Assembly (NCBI GenBank): GCA_028688325.1
Contig: JAQTYI010000002.1
Location: 9,395-73,394 of the forward strand
DNA length: 64,000 nucleotides
Reading direction: 5' to 3'
Source: Candidatus Portnoybacteria bacterium
Lineage (GTDB): Bacteria; Patescibacteriota; Minisyncoccia; Portnoybacterales; GWB1-42-6
Part shown: piece by piece, positions 18,641 to 28,266 of the stretch
Numbering within the stretch: the first letter of the stretch is position 1
Layout of the letters: the number at the start of each line of letters is the position of its first letter
Program-made: the position numbers and the translations under genes
Notes under the pieces: generated by a model
What the model was told of the DNA's origin: nothing
Seen by the model: only the letters and a program-made list of their open reading frames with translations
The model's database searches: none

Positions 18641-19027
18641 CTACTTCATCCTCGCCTTAATACTTTTAGCAAATTCTACCGGCGTGGTTTGGATCTTTAA
18701 GATAAATTCTATAGCTCCGAACTTGGCGCACTCCTCCCGCAATCCTTTTTTCTCATAATTTGTAAAAACAATCACGGGAATATTTTGGGTTTTTGGATTG
18801 GCCTTTAGGTCTTTTAGAACATCCAGGCCGCTTTCATTGCCCAATAACAAATCAAGCAAAATGAGCTCGGGCTTTTCCGTCTGAGCCATTCTTAACGCTT
18901 CCTGGTGATAAGTAGCCGCCATTAGACACATTCCTTCCAACTCAAAGACGCTCTGATACATAAATATCTGAGCCGGATCGTCTTCAACGAATAAAACCTT
19001 GCGTAGATTTTTTAGTGTCTCAAGCAT
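18641..19027 (-). CDS. Single-domain response regulator (CheY-like receiver)
   Basis: VLFVEDD, ILLDL, IPVIVFT and FILK motifs. Confidence 0.9.
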   Translation of the reverse strand: MLETLKNLRKVLFVEDDPAQIFMYQSVFELEGMCLMAATYHQEALRMAQTEKPELILLDLLLGNESGLDVLKDLKANPKTQNIPVIVFTNYEKKGLREECAKFGAIEFILKIQTTPVEFAKSIKARMK

Positions 19028-20300
19028 TTGTTTTTTGGGCAGATTCTCCCGCCCGTTCAATAATTGTCGCTTTAATGTTTATGTCTTTAGGCGGATTGGT
19101 CGGCAAACTCGCAAAAAAGCTGGAACCCTTGCCAAGTTCGCTCTCGGCCCAGACCCGGCCGCCATGGCCTTCAATGATTTCTTTAACAATGAATAGGCCC
19201 AGGCCAGAACCGTCGGTATACATATCTCTGGCGTTTGAACCGCGCTGGAATTTTTTAAAAATGTTGGCGATTTCTTCTTTGGGCACGCCGATGCCGTTAT
19301 CCTGAATCTTAAAAACAACCTCATTATCTTTTTGATAGATAAAAACGATAATTTCGGCTTTGCCTTCCCTGATATTCCTAGTATACGAATCGGCCTTGGC
19401 CGAAGGCGTATATTTGATGGCGTTTTCAATTAAATTGCCAATGGCATCTTTTAGAAAATTCTCCTGACAGAGAATTTTGGGCAACAGGATTTTTTCAATA
19501 TTAATCTTTAAATCTATCTGCCGCTCGGCCAGCTTGGGCTCAAAACCGCTGGCTAGTTCCTTAATGAATGATTCCGGGTCAATCCACTGAGCATGGTCAG
19601 GGGTTACCTTAAATTTAGTGCTCGTCATTTCCGAGGCGTTTAAAATATCATTGATAATATCTTCCAACTTTAGGGCTTTATCATACAGGCCCTCTATGAA
19701 AGTAGCTTGCTTCTCTTTGGGAAACTTCTCAAAACTCCCCTCTTTAATCATCGAGGCAATGCCTTTAATAACTGAAATCGGGGTTCTTAGCTGATGCGAA
19801 GCTAAATTAAGAAATTCGGTTTTAGCTTGATTGAGTTTTTGCAGCTCCTCGCGGGCCTGCTTTTCAACTTCCAGAGCCGACTCTACTTTGACCTTGCCGG
19901 CCTGAAGCTCGGCTGTGGCCTTAACAACTTCTTGCTGAAGATTATTGCTTAGCTCTTTAAATGCATTTTTGGCTTTTTTCTCTTCAAAATTTGATACAAT
20001 TATTTTTTCTGTGCTTTTATTAAAAAAATATCCGTAAGTAATAATTAAAACGAAGATGGAAACAATCAACGATTTTGAAATATTTTTTTCAACTAAATAT
20101 GATCCGAGCAAAAGACAAGAAGCTAAAATTAAGCTTATTAAAAGATAGCGCTCAAATAAGCAATCACTGAATTTTAGTTCGCAATATTGGCATCGTTTAG
20201 CGGGAGGATAATTAAGGTTTCTTGCGAGCCAACAATTTTTATTAACGCACCCGGATCCTCCCGACATCTTTTCCGTTTGTATTTTTTGTTCTTTCTCCAT
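19020..20300 (-). CDS. Sensor histidine kinase with Cys-rich N-terminus
   Basis: SHQLRTP, NLIENAIKY, DNGIG and GSGLGL motifs; two TM helices after a five-Cys segment. Confidence 0.92.
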   Translation of the reverse strand: MEKEQKIQTEKMSGGSGCVNKNCWLARNLNYPPAKRCQYCELKFSDCLFERYLLISLILASCLLLGSYLVEKNISKSLIVSIFVLIITYGYFFNKSTEKIIVSNFEEKKAKNAFKELSNNLQQEVVKATAELQAGKVKVESALEVEKQAREELQKLNQAKTEFLNLASHQLRTPISVIKGIASMIKEGSFEKFPKEKQATFIEGLYDKALKLEDIINDILNASEMTSTKFKVTPDHAQWIDPESFIKELASGFEPKLAERQIDLKINIEKILLPKILCQENFLKDAIGNLIENAIKYTPSAKADSYTRNIREGKAEIIVFIYQKDNEVVFKIQDNGIGVPKEEIANIFKKFQRGSNARDMYTDGSGLGLFIVKEIIEGHGGRVWAESELGKGSSFFASLPTNPPKDINIKATIIERAGESAQKTNA

Positions 20301-20729
20301 TTATTTATTGAAAATTTTCTTAAAAAGAACATACATTAAAGCGGCTATGCAAATATTGGCGAAGCTCGCCAAAAGAGTTAAGAAAGACACCAGCAAATCC
20401 AACCCCCAAGCAAAAATGATAAATTTCCCAAGATAGAGAAGCGCGAAAGAAATAAAAAATAGTACAGCCGTAAATCCGTAAACGAATTTCAGCTCTCCGG
20501 GGTCTTTTTCAATCGGCACGATACCCTGTTTTAAAACATTCCTTGAGAATAATCCATAAAACTGATAAAGAAAATTAAGCTTCATTGAAAAAACTCCAAA
20601 AAAAAATAAAAGAGCCGTTGCCAAAACTAACCAGTGATTTTGGATTAAAAAAGCGATCAGCGCCAAAAAACCACTGGTGGCCCTAAAAAAATTAAGAGAT
20701 CGGTTATCGTAAATTGAACATTGTTGCAT
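20301..20729 (-). CDS. DUF4395-like membrane protein
   Basis: Four hydrophobic segments with C-terminal NICIAALMY. Confidence 0.6.
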   Translation of the reverse strand: MQQCSIYDNRSLNFFRATSGFLALIAFLIQNHWLVLATALLFFFGVFSMKLNFLYQFYGLFSRNVLKQGIVPIEKDPGELKFVYGFTAVLFFISFALLYLGKFIIFAWGLDLLVSFLTLLASFANICIAALMYVLFKKIFNK

Positions 20730-20757
20730 ATAAATGTTTTTAAAAATTATTTTATTT

Positions 20758-22143
20758 TTATTTACTTATAAACTTTTTTGCGGCGCTAATAAAATGCCAT
20801 TTAGAAGTCCCGGCATTTTTAAGTTGAGCGCGATCTTTAACTGCGGAGCACGCTTTTACCACATCTTCAATATTGTTATATATATAAAAACTCAATCTGC
20901 AGCTAGCCGGCGGATTCAATTCATATTGATGGTGCGCTAAAGTCGCGCAATGACACCCGGCCCGAGATTCTATCCCTTGGCTGCTTAATTCTTTGGAAAT
21001 TTCAAATGGATCCCTTCCTTCGCAAGTAAACGAAACTAAAGAAGTCCTATTTTTAGAATCTTTGGGACCGTAAATTTTTAACGACGGCACCTCTTCCAAT
21101 ATCTCCAACGCTTTTTTTATTAAATCATTTTCGTGTGATTCTATACTGCTCATCGCCTTTTCAACATCCGACGCTTCTATCTTTTTGTCGGCCATAAAAT
21201 AATTGGGCACACCGGGGTTTAAAGAAAAATCCATTAACAATCTTATCGCCTGAGCGGAAAGGATTGTCCCTAAGATATTGGGAGTCCCTGCGGTAAATTT
21301 CCAGGGAAGCAAATTATATTCCACTTTTTCCGGACTAACCTTTCCCTCAGCTATCATGTCTCCCCCATAAAGAAACGGCCTCATTTTTGTAAGCAATTCC
21401 TCTTTCGCGTACAAAGCTCCGACTCCAAAAGGTGCAAGCATTTTATGAAAAGACCAAACCAGAAAATCCACATCTAAATCTTTAACATCAACAAAAATAT
21501 TTGGAACAACCTGGGCGCCGTCAATTAAAAGATATGATTTTTTTTCTCCGCTTGGTTGAATATATCCGCTGGAATCGGCAATCTCCCTTATTTTTTTAAT
21601 CGGATTTTTTGTTCCTAAAAAATTGGATGCTCCGGTGCAACAAACTATTTTAGTTCTTTTGTCCACCAGGGATCTTAAATGATCTAAATCAAGTTCTCCC
21701 GTTTCTTTGTCAAATCTTGCCAGTCTGCATTCAACTTTTACTCCAAATTTTGGCAAAATTTCACTGCATAGCCCGTACCAGGGAACATAATTTGAATTAT
21801 GCTCCATAAATGTCGTGACTACATTATCTCCGTCTTTGAATTCGGTCATCAAAGAGTACATAACCGAATTGATCGCTTCGGTGGCGTTTCTGTATAAAAT
21901 AATACTTCTCTTGGACGGAGCGCCGACGAACTGAGCGATAGTGTCATAGGAAGATTCAAACTTTTCGGTAGTTAATAGTGAAGACCGAGACTGGCCCCTG
22001 TGCACATTATCGTATTGCACGATAAGTTCATCCATCAAATCTAACAATTGGATCGGCGCTTGGGTGCTGGCCGCGTTATTAGAAACAACCCTTCCGGTCT
22101 TTATTGCCGGAAAGAATTTTCTTATTTTTTGAGTATCGATCAT
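20758..22143 (-). CDS. SufS/CsdA-like cysteine desulfurase (class V PLP enzyme)
   Basis: NNAASTQ, NVHRG, MEHNSN, DGAQ, SFHKM, AGTP and RAGCHCA motifs. Confidence 0.9.
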   Translation of the reverse strand: MIDTQKIRKFFPAIKTGRVVSNNAASTQAPIQLLDLMDELIVQYDNVHRGQSRSSLLTTEKFESSYDTIAQFVGAPSKRSIILYRNATEAINSVMYSLMTEFKDGDNVVTTFMEHNSNYVPWYGLCSEILPKFGVKVECRLARFDKETGELDLDHLRSLVDKRTKIVCCTGASNFLGTKNPIKKIREIADSSGYIQPSGEKKSYLLIDGAQVVPNIFVDVKDLDVDFLVWSFHKMLAPFGVGALYAKEELLTKMRPFLYGGDMIAEGKVSPEKVEYNLLPWKFTAGTPNILGTILSAQAIRLLMDFSLNPGVPNYFMADKKIEASDVEKAMSSIESHENDLIKKALEILEEVPSLKIYGPKDSKNRTSLVSFTCEGRDPFEISKELSSQGIESRAGCHCATLAHHQYELNPPASCRLSFYIYNNIEDVVKACSAVKDRAQLKNAGTSKWHFISAAKKFISK

Positions 22144-22261
22144 GCCCTATTATTATAGTATTCCTCTAATTCAATTTTAACATATTTCAACTAAAAGCGA
22201 ACCTGCCCTTATCAACATTCCTATCCTTTGCTTCCCTTACTTTAAATCCTGCCTCTGCATA

Positions 22262-22819
22262 TTTGAATACCCCGTGGGCGGCAATACCTGGTACCAAGGC
22301 AAACACGAGCCGATTGTTAGCAAAGATTTATTTGACCTGGTGCAGGATAGAATAACCAGCCAGACATCAAGAGTTAATAATCAAGAATTCGCCTTTACCA
22401 AACTGATGAAGTGCGGACTTTGCGGCTCGGGCATTACGGCAGATGAAAAAATTAAGAAACAGCTAAACGGCAATATCCACCGCTATGTTTATTACGGCTG
22501 CACCCGATTCAACGATAAAGAATGCAAATGCGGCTATATCCGGGAAGACGACTTAATCAAGCAGCTTGAAAATCTGATAGACCAGATGTCCTTGGACGAG
22601 ATTGGCATTAAGCAAAAAATTAAAGCTGAAGTTGAGCGGCATAAAAAATTCCAAGCCGGGATGCTCGGAATAAAATCGATAATAAAAGTGGCTGATATAG
22701 ATATACGCAACTACGCCAAATACATTCTTAGAGACGGCACAAATCTTGAAAAAAGAGAGCTGATATCTTGTTTCAAAAGCAAGGTTGTAATAAAAAACAA
22801 ACTAGTTTCTTTAGAATAA
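22262..22819 (+). pseudogene. 5'-truncated large serine recombinase (zinc-ribbon C-terminal part only)
   Basis: YQGKHEPIVSKDLFDLVQ, LMKCGLCGS and YVYYGCT..C motifs. No catalytic N-terminal domain upstream. Confidence 0.8.
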
Positions 22820-22855
22820 ACTAAAATCACCCGAATTCGGGTGATTTTAGTTTAT
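22816..22855. terminator. Perfect 40-bp palindrome between convergent genes (likely bidirectional terminator)
   Basis: ATAAACTAAAATCACCCGAA|TTCGGGTGATTTTAGTTTAT. Confidence 0.7.
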
Positions 22856-22874
22856 GACATCCAACACCTTTTAT

Positions 22875-23417
22875 CTACTCAGTCTCTAATAATATTTGAA
22901 CTAATGGATTTAAGGTTTTATATCCATGCTCCACAAAAAGACGATCTCTTCTGTCCTCTGGATTCTTTGCTCCATGAAAAAGATTATTACGAATTGAATA
23001 CCAAAACTCGACCATATTTTCCCAGTCTTCTAAATTATAAATATATCCTTTTACTTTATTCTTATCGTCTATAGCATGACCTCCAAGATCCGAATGAGAA
23101 CAATTCCACCATTTTATCTCTTCCACATTACCACTGTTACCGCTTACATTACCAAGTCGTGCAATTTTTAGTTCCTTTTTTATTTCTTCCCAAGAAAGAT
23201 GCAAATCTACATTATTTAGAACTTTATTTAAATATTTTATCTTGATACTTTCGTCCTGCTTTAAAAATTGGATAGCGGCTCTATCGTTTTGAGAATTGGT
23301 GAATTTTTTCTTTTTCAAAAAAGCTATGAACGCCAAATATTCAAAAACAAACTTAGAAAAGAAATCGTCATCTGAGGCCTTTACGTGCCAATTTATAATT
23401 AATTGATTATAGTTCAT
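22875..23417 (-). CDS. Putative HEPN-domain protein
   Basis: YSIRNNLFHGAK fits the HEPN Rx4H motif. Confidence 0.6.
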   Translation of the reverse strand: MNYNQLIINWHVKASDDDFFSKFVFEYLAFIAFLKKKKFTNSQNDRAAIQFLKQDESIKIKYLNKVLNNVDLHLSWEEIKKELKIARLGNVSGNSGNVEEIKWWNCSHSDLGGHAIDDKNKVKGYIYNLEDWENMVEFWYSIRNNLFHGAKNPEDRRDRLFVEHGYKTLNPLVQILLETE

Positions 23418-23418
23418 A

Positions 23419-23649
23419 TTAAGTTTTTAATTTCCAACGATAGGTTCCTGAGTTTTTTATCAGCCCTCTTTTACAGGGTTTTCCATAAAAGAAGTACTGT
23501 CCAAAAGCATTGCCAAATGGCCAATTTTTAATCTCTATTTTCTCCACTACAGCGTAGTGTTTAGCTTCGTTCCAAGAATCCAATATAACAATAAATGAAA
23601 TTTTTTCTCCGTTTTCGCGCCATAATTCAAAGATATTCTTTTTATCCAT
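23419..23649 (-). CDS. Hypothetical protein
   Basis: 76-aa ORF abutting the HEPN-like gene. Confidence 0.55.
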   Translation of the reverse strand: MDKKNIFELWRENGEKISFIVILDSWNEAKHYAVVEKIEIKNWPFGNAFGQYFFYGKPCKRGLIKNSGTYRWKLKT

Positions 23650-23711
23650 TATTTTTTAACATTTACTTCGGTTGTTATAAACATATAAATACTAAAAATC
23701 TATTTAAGGCC

Positions 23712-25460
23712 CTAAAATCTAAACCCTAACAGACCACCATTTTCTTTAGCGTCTGTAAAGATAATCCTTATAGCCTTTTTAAATTCAACCCCAAATTCTT
23801 CGCTAAATTCTGAATAAGGAACATCGTCAGAGTTTAATGTGCAAATATACTGGGTCTTCGTTTCGCTGGCTATCTTTGCTGCAGACTCCAAGGCTTTTGC
23901 TGTTTGCCTTTCGTCAACACCATCAAAAATAGTGCTATCATGGATTAAGAATCTGGGACTCGGCTTCTTCTGTCTAAATTCTAAAACAGTAATATCATAA
24001 GTAAAAACTTTCATATAACTAATCCCTTGACTTCCCGCCCTCAATATCTCTACATTAAATTTATAGCCGGCATTAGTTATCGAGATCAAGAAATTACCTG
24101 GCTGAGAATATAAAAACTCTGAATTTTTATTAAATAATTTTATAATTTTTTCAATCTGGTCCTCTCTTTCTTCTTTATCTTGTCTAGCTTTTTTAATTAA
24201 GTCTTCTTTTTTAATTTTAATATTGCTAACGCCTTCTTCAATTTTTTTTATATCTCTGACTCTGTTATTTTTTTCCTCCAAAGACTGTCTTATCACTGAG
24301 AGGTGATTTTGTAATTTTGTATATTCTTCTAAGGCGCCATGGGTCTGCAAAATCATTAATAACTCAGCTCGCTTTGCGGATAATTCCTCTGTCTTCACTT
24401 TTTGCTCAGCCATTTCTCGTTGTATTCTTTGAACCTCTGATAATAGATAATCTTTCCTATTCTTTATAACTTTAATATGGAAATTTAGAACATCTTCTAC
24501 TCGCTTCTTTATTGCATCCGAAAATACAAACCTAGCTTCCGCATAAAGTTGTTCGACCTTTTGCAAGGAAATGTCTTTTTCTTCAATAAAACTCTCTTGG
24601 TATTTATCTAAAATATTTTTATTAATCGCAGAAGCATTAATGACATTATGGATTTGCTCTGTTAAAAGATCGGCTTCTTGCTGAATTTTATAATACTGTG
24701 GATGAACATTAAATGAATTGAGCTCTTCCTCATTCGCTTCAACCTCACTCAATAAACGAACTTTTTCTGCTTCTAGCTCGCTCAAAGAGCCCACCAAGCT
24801 ATCAAGCAATCCCAGCCCTAATGCTTTTTTTAAATTTTCTATTATACCCAATTCATCCTTCAATACCTGGAACTGACTAGCATACTCATCATTCATACCC
24901 AACAAAAAAGAATTATTTACTTGAACATCCCATTCTTTTTGCTGCGGATAATGTCTAAAGGGATCCTGAAAGCCGCCTAAACCTCTTCTGACTGCATAGG
25001 ATATCAGACTTCTAAATGTTGGCGAATATTTCCGCTCTTCAATTACCGGAAGACCATACATAAAAAAACCTAAGACTATTGTCCAGTCCTTAATAGGCAA
25101 AGTGCGTTTTCCGTCTCTTATCCCTACCTCTGGTTCTATGGGCCAACCAGAAAAATTACCCTCCAGCGTTACCCTCGAAAATTCTTTCGTATTTCTAGAA
25201 ACCGTTATAATTTTCCCATCAAGCTCAAGATCCAAAATAAAAGTCCATCCTTCAAGTTCTTTTCTACGAACACCAACATTTGGACTCGTACTTGAGCCAA
25301 GACAAAAATGTATGATTTCAATTAGAAAGCTTTTACCTAAACCATTTCTAGAATCTTTATCAGAGGAGTCGTTAGTACGCTCAGCGAGCACGACATTAAA
25401 ACCAGGGGAAAAATCAACTCGTTTGAATAAAGGATTTGTACTCCTAACCGATTTGATCAT
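23712..25460 (-). CDS. SMC-like ABC ATPase (DUF2326; ABC-three-component/Lamassu LmuB-like)
   Basis: Walker A-like SRNGLGKS, long coiled coil, FLIHDSTIFDGVDERQ. Confidence 0.85.
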   Translation of the reverse strand: MIKSVRSTNPLFKRVDFSPGFNVVLAERTNDSSDKDSRNGLGKSFLIEIIHFCLGSSTSPNVGVRRKELEGWTFILDLELDGKIITVSRNTKEFSRVTLEGNFSGWPIEPEVGIRDGKRTLPIKDWTIVLGFFMYGLPVIEERKYSPTFRSLISYAVRRGLGGFQDPFRHYPQQKEWDVQVNNSFLLGMNDEYASQFQVLKDELGIIENLKKALGLGLLDSLVGSLSELEAEKVRLLSEVEANEEELNSFNVHPQYYKIQQEADLLTEQIHNVINASAINKNILDKYQESFIEEKDISLQKVEQLYAEARFVFSDAIKKRVEDVLNFHIKVIKNRKDYLLSEVQRIQREMAEQKVKTEELSAKRAELLMILQTHGALEEYTKLQNHLSVIRQSLEEKNNRVRDIKKIEEGVSNIKIKKEDLIKKARQDKEEREDQIEKIIKLFNKNSEFLYSQPGNFLISITNAGYKFNVEILRAGSQGISYMKVFTYDITVLEFRQKKPSPRFLIHDSTIFDGVDERQTAKALESAAKIASETKTQYICTLNSDDVPYSEFSEEFGVEFKKAIRIIFTDAKENGGLLGFRF

Positions 25461-25680
25461 GCTTTAATTTTATTAGATTGTTTTCAATTGTTATCAAGTC
25501 CAAAAGATGAAGTAAATCAAGAGTTAAAACAAATTTCTCAAAATTATTTACTTCTGGAATTTTATTATTTTTTTCCCACAAGGAAGAAACGGAACACGGT
25601 CTTCTAATTTCACCAAGCAAAACAGAGCCGACCCCAATAAGAGAATTAGATAATTTTATATTTTTATCAGGTAAAATCAT
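25444..25680 (-). CDS. ABC-three-component middle component (LmuC-like)
   Basis: MILPDKNIKLSNSLIGVG...FVLTLDLLHLLDLI; overlaps both neighbouring genes. Confidence 0.75.
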   Translation of the reverse strand: MILPDKNIKLSNSLIGVGSVLLGEIRRPCSVSSLWEKNNKIPEVNNFEKFVLTLDLLHLLDLITIENNLIKLKHDQIG

Positions 25681-26408
25681 TTTTCAAATATATCACACTG
25701 CTCAAAAAAATAAATTAAAACAGATAAGCCAGCTGCTTGCTTTAAAATGTCTGCTGAATTAGATGAAGCGAAATCGGAAAGAATGTAAAATAGGCCGTCA
25801 CTCGAATTTCCTTTTTCTCTAAGCTCGCGATATTTTTCTATAAAACCGCGCTTCAGCCTTTCGGCAAAATCAGTGTCGGGGTGAGAATTTAAATATCTTT
25901 TAACTAAAGTTACCTTACTTAGTCCCATTTTTATTCGTTCCACAACATCCAGAGACAGGTCATTCTTTTTTATCTTTTCTTGCGGGGTTATTAAATCTAG
26001 TGTGCTTACTTCAAAATCATATTGCTTAACCAAATATTTTATCGTATCCTCTAACTCGCTAAAAGTAATCTGGGGCAAATTCATAATCAATTTCTTCTTT
26101 ACCCAGTCTTCGTGGTCTAGCTTTATCTTTTTTAATATATCTACCGTGTAAGCAATAGGATCTTTATCAATTTCTGTATGACAAGAAGAACACAACAAAA
26201 TATGATTGGCATAACAAGCCCTCTCTTTTTCTGTCATAGATTTATTGTATCTTGCAGAACCAGGCTCCTTGCCCTCAATGTGTGCGTCCTCTCCTTTGTG
26301 CTGGACATGACTTTTTACGCTCGTATGTGTAACTTGCCCTTTACACTTATTGCATATGCCAGCACTTCTCCCCCAAAGAATAATTTTTTCTGCCGGAGAA
26401 ATTTTCAT
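25677..26408 (-). CDS. HNH endonuclease effector with ABC-3C C-terminal domain (LmuA-like)
   Basis: LWGRSAGICNKC, AHI, NHILLCSSCHTEID and C-terminal YFFEQCDIFEK. Confidence 0.8.
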   Translation of the reverse strand: MKISPAEKIILWGRSAGICNKCKGQVTHTSVKSHVQHKGEDAHIEGKEPGSARYNKSMTEKERACYANHILLCSSCHTEIDKDPIAYTVDILKKIKLDHEDWVKKKLIMNLPQITFSELEDTIKYLVKQYDFEVSTLDLITPQEKIKKNDLSLDVVERIKMGLSKVTLVKRYLNSHPDTDFAERLKRGFIEKYRELREKGNSSDGLFYILSDFASSNSADILKQAAGLSVLIYFFEQCDIFEK

Positions 26409-26738
26409 AATCTTAATTATTTATAATATTAACACTTTCTAAAAAAACAGAACAGATAGAAACTGTTAATATTCCATCAAAAATGGCCTTTGAAAATACA
26501 AATAATGAAAAGAGTCGAATAACTTTTCTATTAATTAAGTTGCACTCAAAAACGGCGCAATCTAAATTGCGCCGTTTAAAAGCGATCTTTGACCCAAGCT
26601 AAATTTTTGGACATTTATTGTCATTTAATTTAACCCCCCTTCTGAATCGCCTCTGACGATACAGAATCTAAGAATCAAATTCTTGACATAACCCAGAAAT
26701 AAATCTGTTAAACCGTCTCGGTCGGTCTCACATGAGTG

Positions 26739-26809
26739 TTGGGGAGGAGGGATTCGAACCCCCGATGACGGATTCAGAGTCCGTTGCCTTACCGCTTGGC
26801 TACTCCCCA
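26739..26809 (-). tRNA. tRNA-Gln(CTG)
   Basis: TGGGGAG/CTCCCCA acceptor stem, ACGGA-CTCTGAA-TCCGT anticodon arm, GGTTCGAATCC T-arm. CCA not encoded. Confidence 0.95.
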
Positions 26810-26894
26810 GAAATAGCTTATAGCTGATAGCTTTTAGCTAATGGAAAAACTCAATTCTTGCGCGGATCGCTGCACTCGGAATGACAAAGTTTTT

Positions 26895-28058
26895 TTATTT
26901 ACTTTCCGTCCCCGCCCATTCCACCACCGCCAATTCCAGCGGCAACTGAGGCAAGGAGGCGGATTTGATTTCGTTTTCCGCGCGGATCAAAAACCGGATA
27001 AGATTGATAAAGTCCGCACCGGTGAATTTACGCCCTTGCTCCAAAATAACCGTAAATTGCTCGTCCGTCAATTCCGGCGCGATGAGCTGGCGCATTTTTT
27101 CCGTTTCACCGCTTTGCTTCCAAGCGGCCAGGATCATCATTTTGCGGGCGTAATTTATCAATGATTTGGCAAATTGCCCGAGCTCATAGCCATCTTCCGC
27201 CAGCTTATTCACATAGCCCAGCGCTTCTTTGGCATTTTTAGTGACCAAAAAGTTCATCATATCCGCCACCGCCGCCATATCTGTGATGCCTAAAATCGTT
27301 TGCGCTTCGACCAGAGTAATGTTTTTATCTTCCATTGCCATCACTTGGCCCAGAAGCGACTCGGCGTCGCGCGCCGCGCCATCCGCGTTCAGCGCTATCA
27401 GTTCCAAAGCACCTTTATCGATCTTCAATCCTTCCTCCTTAGCGATGATTTTTAATCGCTCGATTATTTTATCCAGCGTCAATTTATGGAAATCAAACCT
27501 TTGGCAGCGCGAAATTATTGTCTGCGGAACCTTATGCGTTTCGGTGGTAGCTAAAACGAAAATGGCGTGACTTGGTGGCTCTTCCAGTGTCTTGAGCAGC
27601 GCATTGAAAGCTTCACGCGTCAACATATGCACTTCATCGATGATGAAAACCTTATATTTTAATTTGGCCGGCGAAAATTTTATGCCTTCGCGCAATTCCC
27701 GGATCTCGTCTATGCCGCGGTTTGACGCCGCGTCGATCTCTATTAAGTCCATGGCCCGGCCTTCGTTTATTTCCGCGCAAGAAGCGCATTTGTTGCAGGG
27801 CTCATAACTTTTTACTCCGAGCGATTTATCCCGAGTAGAATCGAGGGAAGTCGAAGAGCGGGCTTCGCAGTTCACGGCTTTTGCCAGCAAACGCGCAACT
27901 GTCGTTTTGCCCGTTCCGCGCGGCCCGCAAAACAAATAAGCGTGCGCTACTTTTCCCAGTGTCAAAGCATTGGTTATGGTGCGCACCACATGTTCCTGGC
28001 CGGAAACCTCAGCAAAGGTTTTTGGCCGGTATTTGCGGTATAAAACCAGATTTTCCAT
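26895..28058 (-). CDS. dnaX: DNA polymerase III subunit gamma/tau
   Basis: LYRKYRP, GPRGTGKTT, IDAASN, DEVHML and SRCQ motifs; in-frame repeat in the zinc loop. Confidence 0.97.
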   Translation of the reverse strand: MENLVLYRKYRPKTFAEVSGQEHVVRTITNALTLGKVAHAYLFCGPRGTGKTTVARLLAKAVNCEARSSTSLDSTRDKSLGVKSYEPCNKCASCAEINEGRAMDLIEIDAASNRGIDEIRELREGIKFSPAKLKYKVFIIDEVHMLTREAFNALLKTLEEPPSHAIFVLATTETHKVPQTIISRCQRFDFHKLTLDKIIERLKIIAKEEGLKIDKGALELIALNADGAARDAESLLGQVMAMEDKNITLVEAQTILGITDMAAVADMMNFLVTKNAKEALGYVNKLAEDGYELGQFAKSLINYARKMMILAAWKQSGETEKMRQLIAPELTDEQFTVILEQGRKFTGADFINLIRFLIRAENEIKSASLPQLPLELAVVEWAGTESK

Positions 28059-28082
28059 AGAATTACCCTCTCTTTTTTTATC

Positions 28083-28157
28083 TTGTCATCCCGGGCTTAA
28101 CCCGGGATCCAGGCCTTGCCATTCCCGCCCCGTACTTGATATGGGGCGGGAATGGCA
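28083..28157. repeat. REP-like palindrome pair
   Basis: TTGTCATCCCGGGCTTAACCCGGGATCCAGG plus GCCATTCCCGCCCC..GGGGCGGGAATGGC; same family as 5124-5255. Confidence 0.8.
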
Positions 28158-28266
28158 GAAAAAAGGATACCAGTATCAGCCAAAATTCACTCATATTTTA
28201 TCCTAAAAACAAAAAAGGCGCAACCGAAATTACGCCCCCGCATATCGAGATTAAATCTCAATATTT

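Larger units (their letters stand above)
18288..26756. mobile_element. Degenerate genomic island integrated at the tRNA-Gln 3' end
   Basis: TTGGGAAGGAGGGATTCG (18288-18305) vs tRNA end TTGGGGAGGAGGGATTCG (26739-26756), 17/18 direct repeat. AT-rich cargo, recombinase remnant and defence genes inside. Confidence 0.7.

Noticed and set aside
18288-26756. Prophage
   Set aside because: No structural, terminase or phage replication genes.
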